Source: Flavobacteriales bacterium (lineage in GTDB: Bacteria > Bacteroidota > Bacteroidia > Flavobacteriales_D > Parvicellaceae). From it: 64,000 nt of DNA. The stretch is taken from contig JADHMB010000004.1 in assembly GCA_016780365.1 (NCBI GenBank), positions 6,160 to 70,159 on the forward strand. The letters are read 5' to 3'. A model generated the notes under the pieces. The model worked only from the letters and a program-made list of their open reading frames with translations. It was not told the DNA's origin and did no database searches. Both the position numbers and the translations under genes were made by a program. Each line of letters opens with the position of its first letter. Position 1 is the stretch's first letter. Below are positions 20,085-27,985 of this stretch, in pieces.

Positions 20085-20651
20085 GTGAAGAAAATTATTT
20101 CAATTTGTATCTTTTGTTGGATGGTTTCGAGCTGCTCAACAGAGAAAAAAGAAATAATAAACCTATCTAATAATTATACAGCAATTGTAGAAATTCCAGC
20201 TGGCACCAATAAAAAGTTTGAATACAATTACAGTACCAAAACTTTTGAAATTGAAACCAAAAACGGAGTAGAACGCACTATAAATTATCTTCCATATCCT
20301 GGAAATTATGGTTTTATATCCAATACCTATATGGATCCTGAAATTGGGGGAGACGGAGATGCGTTGGATGTTTTAATTATTTCTGAATCTATTCAACAAG
20401 GAAAAAAAGTAGAAATAAACCCAGTAGCAATTCTAAGACTATTAGATCGTGGGCAAGAAGATCATAAAGTTATTGCCACTTTAAAAAATAGCAAAATAAA
20501 CTTTTCAAAGGACTCTTTACCAAGTTCTATGAAAACAATTATTAAAACTTGGTTTTGTAATTACAAAGGACCAAATAAGATGGAATTTATTGTTTGGGGT
20601 GACAAAAAAGATGCCATTGATGAAATTGAAAAATGGGCAGTAAATAAATAA
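20085..20651 (+). CDS. ppa: Family I inorganic pyrophosphatase, apparently with a lipoprotein signal peptide
   Basis: PPase motifs: EIPAGTNKKFEY, YPGNYGFISNT, GGDGDALDVLII, LLDRGQEDHKVIA, NYKG. With the GTG start at 20085 the N-terminus is KKIISICIFCWMVSSC (positive residues, hydrophobic stretch, VSSC lipobox). The alternative ATG at 20121 would give a cytoplasmic form. Confidence 0.8.
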   Translation: MKKIISICIFCWMVSSCSTEKKEIINLSNNYTAIVEIPAGTNKKFEYNYSTKTFEIETKNGVERTINYLPYPGNYGFISNTYMDPEIGGDGDALDVLIISESIQQGKKVEINPVAILRLLDRGQEDHKVIATLKNSKINFSKDSLPSSMKTIIKTWFCNYKGPNKMEFIVWGDKKDAIDEIEKWAVNK

Positions 20652-20727
20652 TTTTGGATACCATAAAGATGGTAATTTCAACTACCAACCCCTTCCCATC
20701 CTAGAATATTGCGTATATTTACATACT

Positions 20728-21921
20728 ATGAAAAATACAATTACTTTTTTAATATTAGTTTTATTTGCATTTCAGGTATCTGCCCAAACATCCACTGAGA
20801 ATGAAGAGAAAAACGAAAACTTGGTTCTTATAATTAAGAATAGTGGTGGAGAATACATAGGTGAAATAGTTTCTGATGATGGAAGAGAAATTCTTCTAAT
20901 CACAAAAACTATTGGAAAAATATACATAAATAAGTCTGAAATTTCTTCCATTTCTAAAGTAGATGAGAACGTAAAAAGTAATAAAAATGGGGAGTTTAGA
21001 GCATCTGGACCATTTACAACAAGGTATTATTTTACCAACAACGCTCTTCCTATTAAAAAAAATGAAAACTATGCTCTAGTTCATATTTATGGACCAGAAG
21101 TTCATTTTAGTGTAGGAAATAAAACCTCTTTAGGGGTAATGGCAAGTTGGATAGCAAGTCCAATAGGGTTGGTTTTAAAGCAACAAATATTTAGTAAAAA
21201 TAAATTACATGTTTCAGTTGGAAGTATATTGGGTTCTTCAGGATATATCAACCAAGGGCAGACCTATGGTGGTTTGCATTGGGGAACTATTACAATTGGG
21301 GACAGAACCTCTAACATAAGTTTTTCTGCAGGTTTGGCACATATTAATTGGCCTACCAACAATACAGATTTTATGAGCGGTGCTAGAGAAATTGGTGACA
21401 AATATTCCTATAGTTTTTACGACCAGGATCATCCATATCCTATAGCTGAAGACGATTGGAATGCGCAGATGGCTTTTGAAGATTCGTTGGGACTTTATAA
21501 CTGGAATTCTAATTTTAACGATAGATACCTTTACAGAAATCAACAGCTAGCTACAGTAATTGGTGTTTCTGGAATTGCTCCTATTGGAAAAAAAGCAAGC
21601 TTTATATTTGATTCTATGATTTTTATTGCAAACAAGGCAAAAGTAAATTATACTTCTAAGGAAAAAGAAATTACTTATGAGAGATACAATAATGCAACAG
21701 GAAATACGCAATTAACTAACTTTACGGCTGTCTATGGCGAGGGTGTAATTAGTCCTGAAACTAGCAGAAATATTACTTTTATATTGATGCCGGCTATGAG
21801 GTTCAATCAATCTTATGAAAAAGCATTTCAAGTTGCCTTGGCTGGATTTATTAATTACGATGAAATAAACGGGTTAAATTCTGCACCGGTTCCAATGATT
21901 TCTTGGCTAAGAAAATTCTAA
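20728..21921 (+). CDS. Secreted hypothetical protein, probable outer-membrane beta-barrel
   Basis: Signal peptide ending FQVSAQ. Amphipathic beta-like segments run throughout, and the protein ends in an aromatic residue (...SWLRKF), as in many OMPs. Confidence 0.4.
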   Translation: MKNTITFLILVLFAFQVSAQTSTENEEKNENLVLIIKNSGGEYIGEIVSDDGREILLITKTIGKIYINKSEISSISKVDENVKSNKNGEFRASGPFTTRYYFTNNALPIKKNENYALVHIYGPEVHFSVGNKTSLGVMASWIASPIGLVLKQQIFSKNKLHVSVGSILGSSGYINQGQTYGGLHWGTITIGDRTSNISFSAGLAHINWPTNNTDFMSGAREIGDKYSYSFYDQDHPYPIAEDDWNAQMAFEDSLGLYNWNSNFNDRYLYRNQQLATVIGVSGIAPIGKKASFIFDSMIFIANKAKVNYTSKEKEITYERYNNATGNTQLTNFTAVYGEGVISPETSRNITFILMPAMRFNQSYEKAFQVALAGFINYDEINGLNSAPVPMISWLRKF

Positions 21922-23165
21922 TTTTTTAACAGTTCTAATCTCAATAAATTTAAAACAGAGAGTGATGAAACATGAATGTTTCTTTCTCTGTTGTAACCTA
22001 AATTTAGTTTTTTAGAAACCACTTTGTCTTTATTAGCCACTGCTATCCATACAGTTCCTACTGGTTTTTCAGTAGTTCCTCCACTTGGCCCAGCAATCCC
22101 AGAAGTTGAAATTCCGAAGTCAGAATTAAATTTCAACCTAACGTTTGCTGCCATTTGCTCTACTACTTGTTGGCTTACAGCACCATATTTTTCAATATTT
22201 TGTTCATTTACATCCAATAGTTCTGATTTTGATTGATTGGAATAAGAAACAATACTTCCATTAAAAAAAGAAGAACTTCCGCTTATGCTAGTAAGCATCT
22301 TAGAAACATTACCACCAGTACAACTCTCAGCAGTTGAAAGGGTTCGATTGTTCTCTTTTAGTAACTCCCCAACTACGCCTTCCATAGAGGCATTTCCATA
22401 ACCATATATTTGATCTGGAATAAGTTTAACGAGTTCTGAAACGTAGTAATTTAACTTTTCTTCCGAAGAAGCTTTGTCTTTTCCAATAATAGAAATTCTC
22501 AATTTAACTATTCCTGGAGATGGTAAATAGGCAAGTTTCAAATCGTCTTTTAACAAATTATTTTCCCAGGATTTTATTACCTCAGCTAAAAAAGATTCTC
22601 CCATTCCATGGGTTCTTACAGTTCTATTAATTACTACACTACCTTCTCCTTTAAGAGCTAATAACTTGGTAAAAACATGGTCGTTCATAATTCCCTTCAT
22701 TTCATAAGGGACACCAGGCAAGGAAATAAAAATTACTCCGTTTTTTTCAAACCACATTCCACTAGCCGACCCCCTACTATTGGGTAAAACTTGACAAGCT
22801 TTTGGAATGAGAGCTTGGTCTTTATTGGTCTGTAAAATTGGTAGATTTCTATTAGTAAAATAATCTATTATATTTTGTTCAATTTCTTTATCCAGCTCTA
22901 AAGTGGTATTAAAATACTCTGTTAAAGTGTGCTTAGTAATATCATCATTAGTAGGTCCAAGTCCCCCTGTAATTAAAACAATATCAGATCTATTTTCTGC
23001 TTGATTTAGGGCGTTAACAATATCTTTTTTTTGATCTGAAATAACCAGGCCATGCGCTATTGTAAAACCAAGATTATTTAGTTGCTCTCCAAGCCAAGAA
23101 GCATTGGTATTAATTGTTTGTCCAATTAACAATTCATCTCCTACAGAAATTAATTCACACTTCAT
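21918..23165 (-). CDS. cinA: CinA-family protein (MoCF-binding domain plus nicotinamide-nucleotide amidohydrolase PncC domain)
   Basis: N-terminus MKCELISVGDELLIGQTINTNASWL, TGGLGPTNDDITK, and a C-terminal PncC-like segment (STAESCTGG...SGIAGPSGG). Confidence 0.88.
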   Translation of the reverse strand: MKCELISVGDELLIGQTINTNASWLGEQLNNLGFTIAHGLVISDQKKDIVNALNQAENRSDIVLITGGLGPTNDDITKHTLTEYFNTTLELDKEIEQNIIDYFTNRNLPILQTNKDQALIPKACQVLPNSRGSASGMWFEKNGVIFISLPGVPYEMKGIMNDHVFTKLLALKGEGSVVINRTVRTHGMGESFLAEVIKSWENNLLKDDLKLAYLPSPGIVKLRISIIGKDKASSEEKLNYYVSELVKLIPDQIYGYGNASMEGVVGELLKENNRTLSTAESCTGGNVSKMLTSISGSSSFFNGSIVSYSNQSKSELLDVNEQNIEKYGAVSQQVVEQMAANVRLKFNSDFGISTSGIAGPSGGTTEKPVGTVWIAVANKDKVVSKKLNLGYNRERNIHVSSLSVLNLLRLELLKN

Positions 23166-23245
23166 TCTGTTAAATTAAAATTAAGTTTTAATATTAAGAA
23201 TTAGTTTGGCAAAATTTTTGATACTTTAACATTAAATATTAATTA

Positions 23246-24010
23246 ATGAAAAATAAAATAAAATTTTCTTTACTAATAACATGTACAATTTTCATGTTTA
23301 GCCATTGTATTGGACAAATAAATATCAATAAGATATCCAATAAGGTAAAATCTCAAATCCCAAAACAAAAAAAAGAAGGGTCTAGTGCTTTAAGCAATGA
23401 TCAAGTTATAAAAGGTCTTAAAGAAGCCTTAAATGTTGGTGTAAACAAAGGTTCTGAGCAAGCTTCTGCAATTGGAGGATTTCTAAAAAACGATTTAATA
23501 AGAATACCATTTCCACCGGAAGCAAAAGCCGTAAGAGATAAAGCTATGCAATGGGGTTTAGATACAAAAGTGGAAAAATTTGAAAGAACTCTTAACGAAG
23601 CAGCAGAAGAAGCTTGTAAAACAGCTGCGCCAATTTTTATAAATGCAATTAAAAACATGTCGGTAAGTGACGGTTTTAAAATACTTAAAGGAAGTGATAA
23701 TGCAGCAACCAATTATTTAAGAGAACAAACCAATACCGAGCTATATAACTTATTTTTACCAGAAGTAAAAAAGGCAATTGAAAAAGTAAAACTAACTGCT
23801 TATTGGGAACCTCTTGTGAAAAAATACAATCAATCCACCAGGATTTCAGGAAAAGAATCTATTGAAACAGATTTGAATAAATATGTCACAGAAAGAGCAG
23901 TTCTAGGATTATTTAAGTTGGTAGCAATTCAAGAAAAGGAAATAAGAAAAAATCCAATGAAAAGAACATCAGATATTTTGAAAAAAGTTTTCAGCAGTTT
24001 AGACCCTTGA
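23246..24010 (+). CDS. Secreted DUF4197-family protein
   Basis: Has a signal peptide and the conserved-looking string LSNDQVIKGLKEALNVGVNKGSEQ...IRIPFPPEA...LNEAAEEA...DGFKILKGSDNAATNYL. Confidence 0.6.
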   Translation: MKNKIKFSLLITCTIFMFSHCIGQININKISNKVKSQIPKQKKEGSSALSNDQVIKGLKEALNVGVNKGSEQASAIGGFLKNDLIRIPFPPEAKAVRDKAMQWGLDTKVEKFERTLNEAAEEACKTAAPIFINAIKNMSVSDGFKILKGSDNAATNYLREQTNTELYNLFLPEVKKAIEKVKLTAYWEPLVKKYNQSTRISGKESIETDLNKYVTERAVLGLFKLVAIQEKEIRKNPMKRTSDILKKVFSSLDP

Positions 24011-24036
24011 GAAGTTATTTTTTCTAAATTTAGTTA

Positions 24037-24927
24037 ATGCTCCAAGAAGCTAATTCAAACTATAAAACTATTCCCCCAACTGAGCTTATAATTACAGAGG
24101 AAGGAAGAATTTATCATTTAGACTTGAAACCCGATGAAATTGGTCAAACAATTATTTTGGTGGGTGACCAGGAAAGAGTACCAACTATTTCAAAATATTT
24201 TGATAGAATAGAGTTTAAGAGATGTAAGAGAGAATTTGTAACTCATACTGGACTAATTAACAATAAGCGAGTCTCTGTAATTTCTACAGGAATTGGTTGT
24301 GACAATATAGACATTGTAATTAATGAATTGGATGCTCTAGTTAATATTAATTTTGATAAAAAAAGTATAAAAAGAAAACATACATCCTTAGATATAATAA
24401 GAATAGGAACAAGTGGCTCTTTACAAAATGAAATTCCTGTTGACACTTTTGTTTTATCTACTTTTGGACTAGGTTTTGATGGATTACTATCCTTTTACAA
24501 ACCAGTATATGAGCCTGAGGAAAAGGCTCTTCAAAAAGCTTTTTTACAACAGACTCCTTGGCCAAATGACGCGAACAAACCCTACTTTGTAAAGGGAAGT
24601 GAATTACTTGCAAGTAAAATTGGCAAGGGAATGTTTAAAGGAATTACTGCAACTGCAAATGGATTTTATGGACCTCAGGGCAGAACATTAAGATTGAATA
24701 CTAGAGTTCCTGATATGAATGAATTTCTTAAAAGGTTTGAGTATAAAAATCATAAAATTTTAAACTTTGAAATGGAAACATCTGCTTTGTATGGATTGAG
24801 TGCTTTACTTGGACATAATTCGTGCACAGTTTGTGCAGTGATAGGAAATAGATTTACCAATACGTTTTCAGAAGACTACAAGAAAACAGTTGCAAAGTTG
24901 GTAGAGAAAGTACTGAAAAGAATTTAA
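24037..24927 (+). CDS. Nucleoside phosphorylase family protein (PNP/UDP type 1, uridine-phosphorylase-like)
   Basis: GDQERV.., ISTGIGCDNIDIVINEL, IIRIGTSGSL and NFEMETSALYG are typical of the PNP_UDP_1 fold. Confidence 0.7.
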   Translation: MLQEANSNYKTIPPTELIITEEGRIYHLDLKPDEIGQTIILVGDQERVPTISKYFDRIEFKRCKREFVTHTGLINNKRVSVISTGIGCDNIDIVINELDALVNINFDKKSIKRKHTSLDIIRIGTSGSLQNEIPVDTFVLSTFGLGFDGLLSFYKPVYEPEEKALQKAFLQQTPWPNDANKPYFVKGSELLASKIGKGMFKGITATANGFYGPQGRTLRLNTRVPDMNEFLKRFEYKNHKILNFEMETSALYGLSALLGHNSCTVCAVIGNRFTNTFSEDYKKTVAKLVEKVLKRI

Positions 24928-24990
24928 ATCTAAATTCTGACAACTTTTATAGAAAAATAGCGTACAAACAAATAGATTTAATTCTTTTGT

Positions 24991-25869
24991 ATGAAAAGCA
25001 GAAATGAAATAGATGCACTGGTTAGTTTACTTGACGATCCGGACGAAATAATTTTCAATCAGATTAAAAGTCAACTATTAGAACTTGGTACAGATTGTAT
25101 TGCTCACTTAGAAAAAGCAAATTTTGAAAATGAGTACGGTCCAATATTTAAATCTAGAATAAGTGAAATAACTCATGAAATAAGCCTTTCAAAAATTTTG
25201 AAAGAACACAAAGAGTGGATTCATCATCCAGTAAACTTAATTGATGGAGTAAATCAAATTGATCAATACTTTTTTCCAAATATTACAGAATCTTACATTC
25301 AAAATGAATTAAGTACGATAGCATCAGAAATTTCCGAGCATTTATCTCTTAGCATGAGTCCTATTGAAAAAGTAAGTGTCATCAATGATATTTTGTATGA
25401 CAATTACAATTTTAGAGGAGACAAAAAAAATTACCATTCTCCTGAAAATTCTTCTTTTGGGAAGTTATTACAAACCAAAAAAGGAAATCCCTTAACAAAT
25501 TCTATTTTATATATAGAGATTGGAAGGCTATTAAATCTACCAATAATGGGAGTAAATTTACCAAACCATTTTATAGTTGGTTATTTAAATTCTAAAGAAA
25601 ATCATCAATACCCTAACAATTACAAATTCACTAAAAAAGACGTTAAATTTTACATAAATCCTTTTAGCCAAGGAGTTGTATTAAAGCACGAAGATGTTCA
25701 AGACTTTATTCAAGAAATTAATGTTATAAACAATGAATATTATTACATCCCTTGTCCATATAGCCATATTACCAAAAGAATTTTAACCAATCTTAATTTT
25801 AGCCATAAAAAATCAGATAACATTCTTTTAAAAAGTGATATTAAAAAAATCATTGCTCTTTATCATTAA
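24991..25869 (+). CDS. Transglutaminase-like (SirB1/UPF0162-type) family protein
   Basis: The segment NYHSPENSSFGKLLQTKKGNPLTNSILYIEIGRLLNLPIMGVNLPNHFIVGY matches the Transglut_core2 pattern (N.. ..G.p..l..ly..ig..l.l...gv..P.HF.v). Confidence 0.55.
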   Translation: MKSRNEIDALVSLLDDPDEIIFNQIKSQLLELGTDCIAHLEKANFENEYGPIFKSRISEITHEISLSKILKEHKEWIHHPVNLIDGVNQIDQYFFPNITESYIQNELSTIASEISEHLSLSMSPIEKVSVINDILYDNYNFRGDKKNYHSPENSSFGKLLQTKKGNPLTNSILYIEIGRLLNLPIMGVNLPNHFIVGYLNSKENHQYPNNYKFTKKDVKFYINPFSQGVVLKHEDVQDFIQEINVINNEYYYIPCPYSHITKRILTNLNFSHKKSDNILLKSDIKKIIALYH

Positions 25870-25944
25870 ATTTTAGCAGTTCATCATTAAAAAGATGCCA
25901 ACATTAACAAACATTATATATATTTAATTTAAAATAGATTAATA

Positions 25945-26505
25945 GTGGATTTTGTCGAATCTATAGATAATGTATATAATAATTCCATAAAAGCAATTCA
26001 AGATGCTTCTGGAAATCTTCTTCTTACACACTTGGGAGAAATGAAACCAGATACCATAACCAATTTAAGTGAAAAAGCAGAATCAAAACTTTTTGAAATA
26101 AGCGCTGCTAAAAGAAATATTAAAAATATTTTTAATATTTTAATTGAGGGTCTACAAAACATCAAAAATCATGGCGAATTTAGCCCAGAAAACAATCAGA
26201 TTGCTTTTTTCCATATGTATGATTTGGAAGATTCTTTTATTTGTAATTTCTCCAACCTAATTGATAATAATTACATTGAAAAAATATCTAAAAATATTGA
26301 CCATTTAAATACACTTGAAAGACCTGAACTAAAAGCACTGTATCTAGAAACTTTGACTAATGGGCAAATATCCAAAAAAGGAGGAGCTGGCCTTGGTATT
26401 ATAATTATGGCAATGAAGTCAAAAAATAAAATTGATTATAAGACTTTTTCTATTGATAGAAATTTATCTATGCTATCGTTAAATATTAAGGTTACTAAAG
26501 CATAA
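25945..26505 (+). CDS. Small GHKL/anti-sigma-kinase-like ATPase (SiaB-like family)
   Basis: 186 aa with a GTG start. Near the C-terminus it has a G-box, KKGGAGLGIIIMAMKS. The size and layout recall SiaB/RsbW-like single-domain kinases. Confidence 0.4.
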   Translation: MDFVESIDNVYNNSIKAIQDASGNLLLTHLGEMKPDTITNLSEKAESKLFEISAAKRNIKNIFNILIEGLQNIKNHGEFSPENNQIAFFHMYDLEDSFICNFSNLIDNNYIEKISKNIDHLNTLERPELKALYLETLTNGQISKKGGAGLGIIIMAMKSKNKIDYKTFSIDRNLSMLSLNIKVTKA

Positions 26506-26509
26506 TTTG

Positions 26510-27967
26510 CTACTTCAAATAATAATTTACTTTATCCAATAATTTCCAATTTCCTTTGGTAAAATCTGGAATTTTCATTGGCTTACTCCCCTTGTTTACC
26601 GACTTTTTAGATAACTCCACAATCGAAGACCATTCAGCTGCATCGTAGACATCTTGATCTAGTGGAAGTCCATTTCTTAGACAGTAAATTAATCTATAAT
26701 CCATTATATAATCCATTCCCCCATGTCCTCCTATTTGCTTTGCTGTATCTTTAATTTGTTTGATTACAGTTGGCTCATATTTAGAAAGTGTATCGTTAAT
26801 ATCTTCTACACTTATTGAACGATGTGCTTTGGGCTCAAAGGCCATGGATTTAACAGGATATTTTTGAACAAAACCATTAGTTCCACTTAAAGTAAATAGT
26901 CTAGAATAAGGCCTAGGACTAGTCACGTCGTGTTGCAACATGATAGTCTTGCCCTTATGAGTTCTGATTAGTGTTGTATTCATATCTCCCTTTTCAAAAC
27001 TATTTCCATTCCATTTATTTTCAGGTGCAAAATTTTCCTCTGAATATTTTGTTAATCCATATTGATTACTAGACATAGACACTAAATGAGTCATTTTATC
27101 CCCTCTATGAATGTCTAACAGGTGTGCTAATGGTCCTAAACCATGGGTTGGATAAGTATTGCCGTTTGTTTTTTGTAAATTCTTTAATCTCCAGTGATTC
27201 CAATAGTAAGTATTGCTAAAATTTAAGGCTCGTAAATCGTGTATGTAGGCTCCCTCCGCATGGACTAAATCACCAAATAAATTATTTTGAGACATATTTA
27301 GGACTGTAATTTCAAAAAAATCATACATACAATTTTCTAATTGAATACAATGTTTTCTTGTCTTCTCTGCTGTTTTCACCAACTTCCAACAATCTTTTAC
27401 TGTCATCGCTGCTGGAACTTCGACTGCAACATGTTTGTCATTTTTCATTGCATAAATTGCTATTGGAGAATGCAATTCCCAATGGGTACAGACATAAATT
27501 AAATCAATATCATTTCTTTGACAGATAACCTTCCAATCCTCTTTACCATAATACTTTACGGGTTTTTTATATTGGTAATTTTTAAAATATTTTTCGTGTA
27601 AATTATTTACTTTATTTGAGTCAATATCTGCTATGGCAACTATTTTTAATCCTGGAATATTTGGGAGTCTACCTAATGCAGATTGTCCACGGTTTCCCAG
27701 TCCTATTACAGCAATTCTAACGGTATCAATTTTTGGACAGCTTAATGCTAGAGCATGGTTATTTTCATCTAAAGTATTATTCCATTTAACAAAAAGAGCG
27801 TCGTAGGAATTATCTTCTAGAAAAGTATTTTGTGCATTAAATAAAGAAATATTTAGGGATAGTAATAATCCTACAGAGAGTCTAAGAAAGAATATTGAAA
27901 AATAATTCTTTAAAATATTTAAATTAAAAGCATACAGCATTGCATCGTAATTTAAAGAAAAAAACAA
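26510..27967 (-). CDS. Gfo/Idh/MocA-family NAD-dependent enzyme, GH109 (alpha-N-acetylgalactosaminidase)-like, secreted
   Basis: Rossmann start IAVIGLGNRGQS after a hydrophobic signal. The C-terminal GGHGGMDYIMDYRLIYCLRNGLPLDQDVYDAAEWS is typical of GH109-type proteins. The start may instead be the internal Met at 27940. Confidence 0.65.
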   Translation of the reverse strand: MFFSLNYDAMLYAFNLNILKNYFSIFFLRLSVGLLLSLNISLFNAQNTFLEDNSYDALFVKWNNTLDENNHALALSCPKIDTVRIAVIGLGNRGQSALGRLPNIPGLKIVAIADIDSNKVNNLHEKYFKNYQYKKPVKYYGKEDWKVICQRNDIDLIYVCTHWELHSPIAIYAMKNDKHVAVEVPAAMTVKDCWKLVKTAEKTRKHCIQLENCMYDFFEITVLNMSQNNLFGDLVHAEGAYIHDLRALNFSNTYYWNHWRLKNLQKTNGNTYPTHGLGPLAHLLDIHRGDKMTHLVSMSSNQYGLTKYSEENFAPENKWNGNSFEKGDMNTTLIRTHKGKTIMLQHDVTSPRPYSRLFTLSGTNGFVQKYPVKSMAFEPKAHRSISVEDINDTLSKYEPTVIKQIKDTAKQIGGHGGMDYIMDYRLIYCLRNGLPLDQDVYDAAEWSSIVELSKKSVNKGSKPMKIPDFTKGNWKLLDKVNYYLK

Positions 27968-27985
27968 AGCTAACAGTAAATAATT

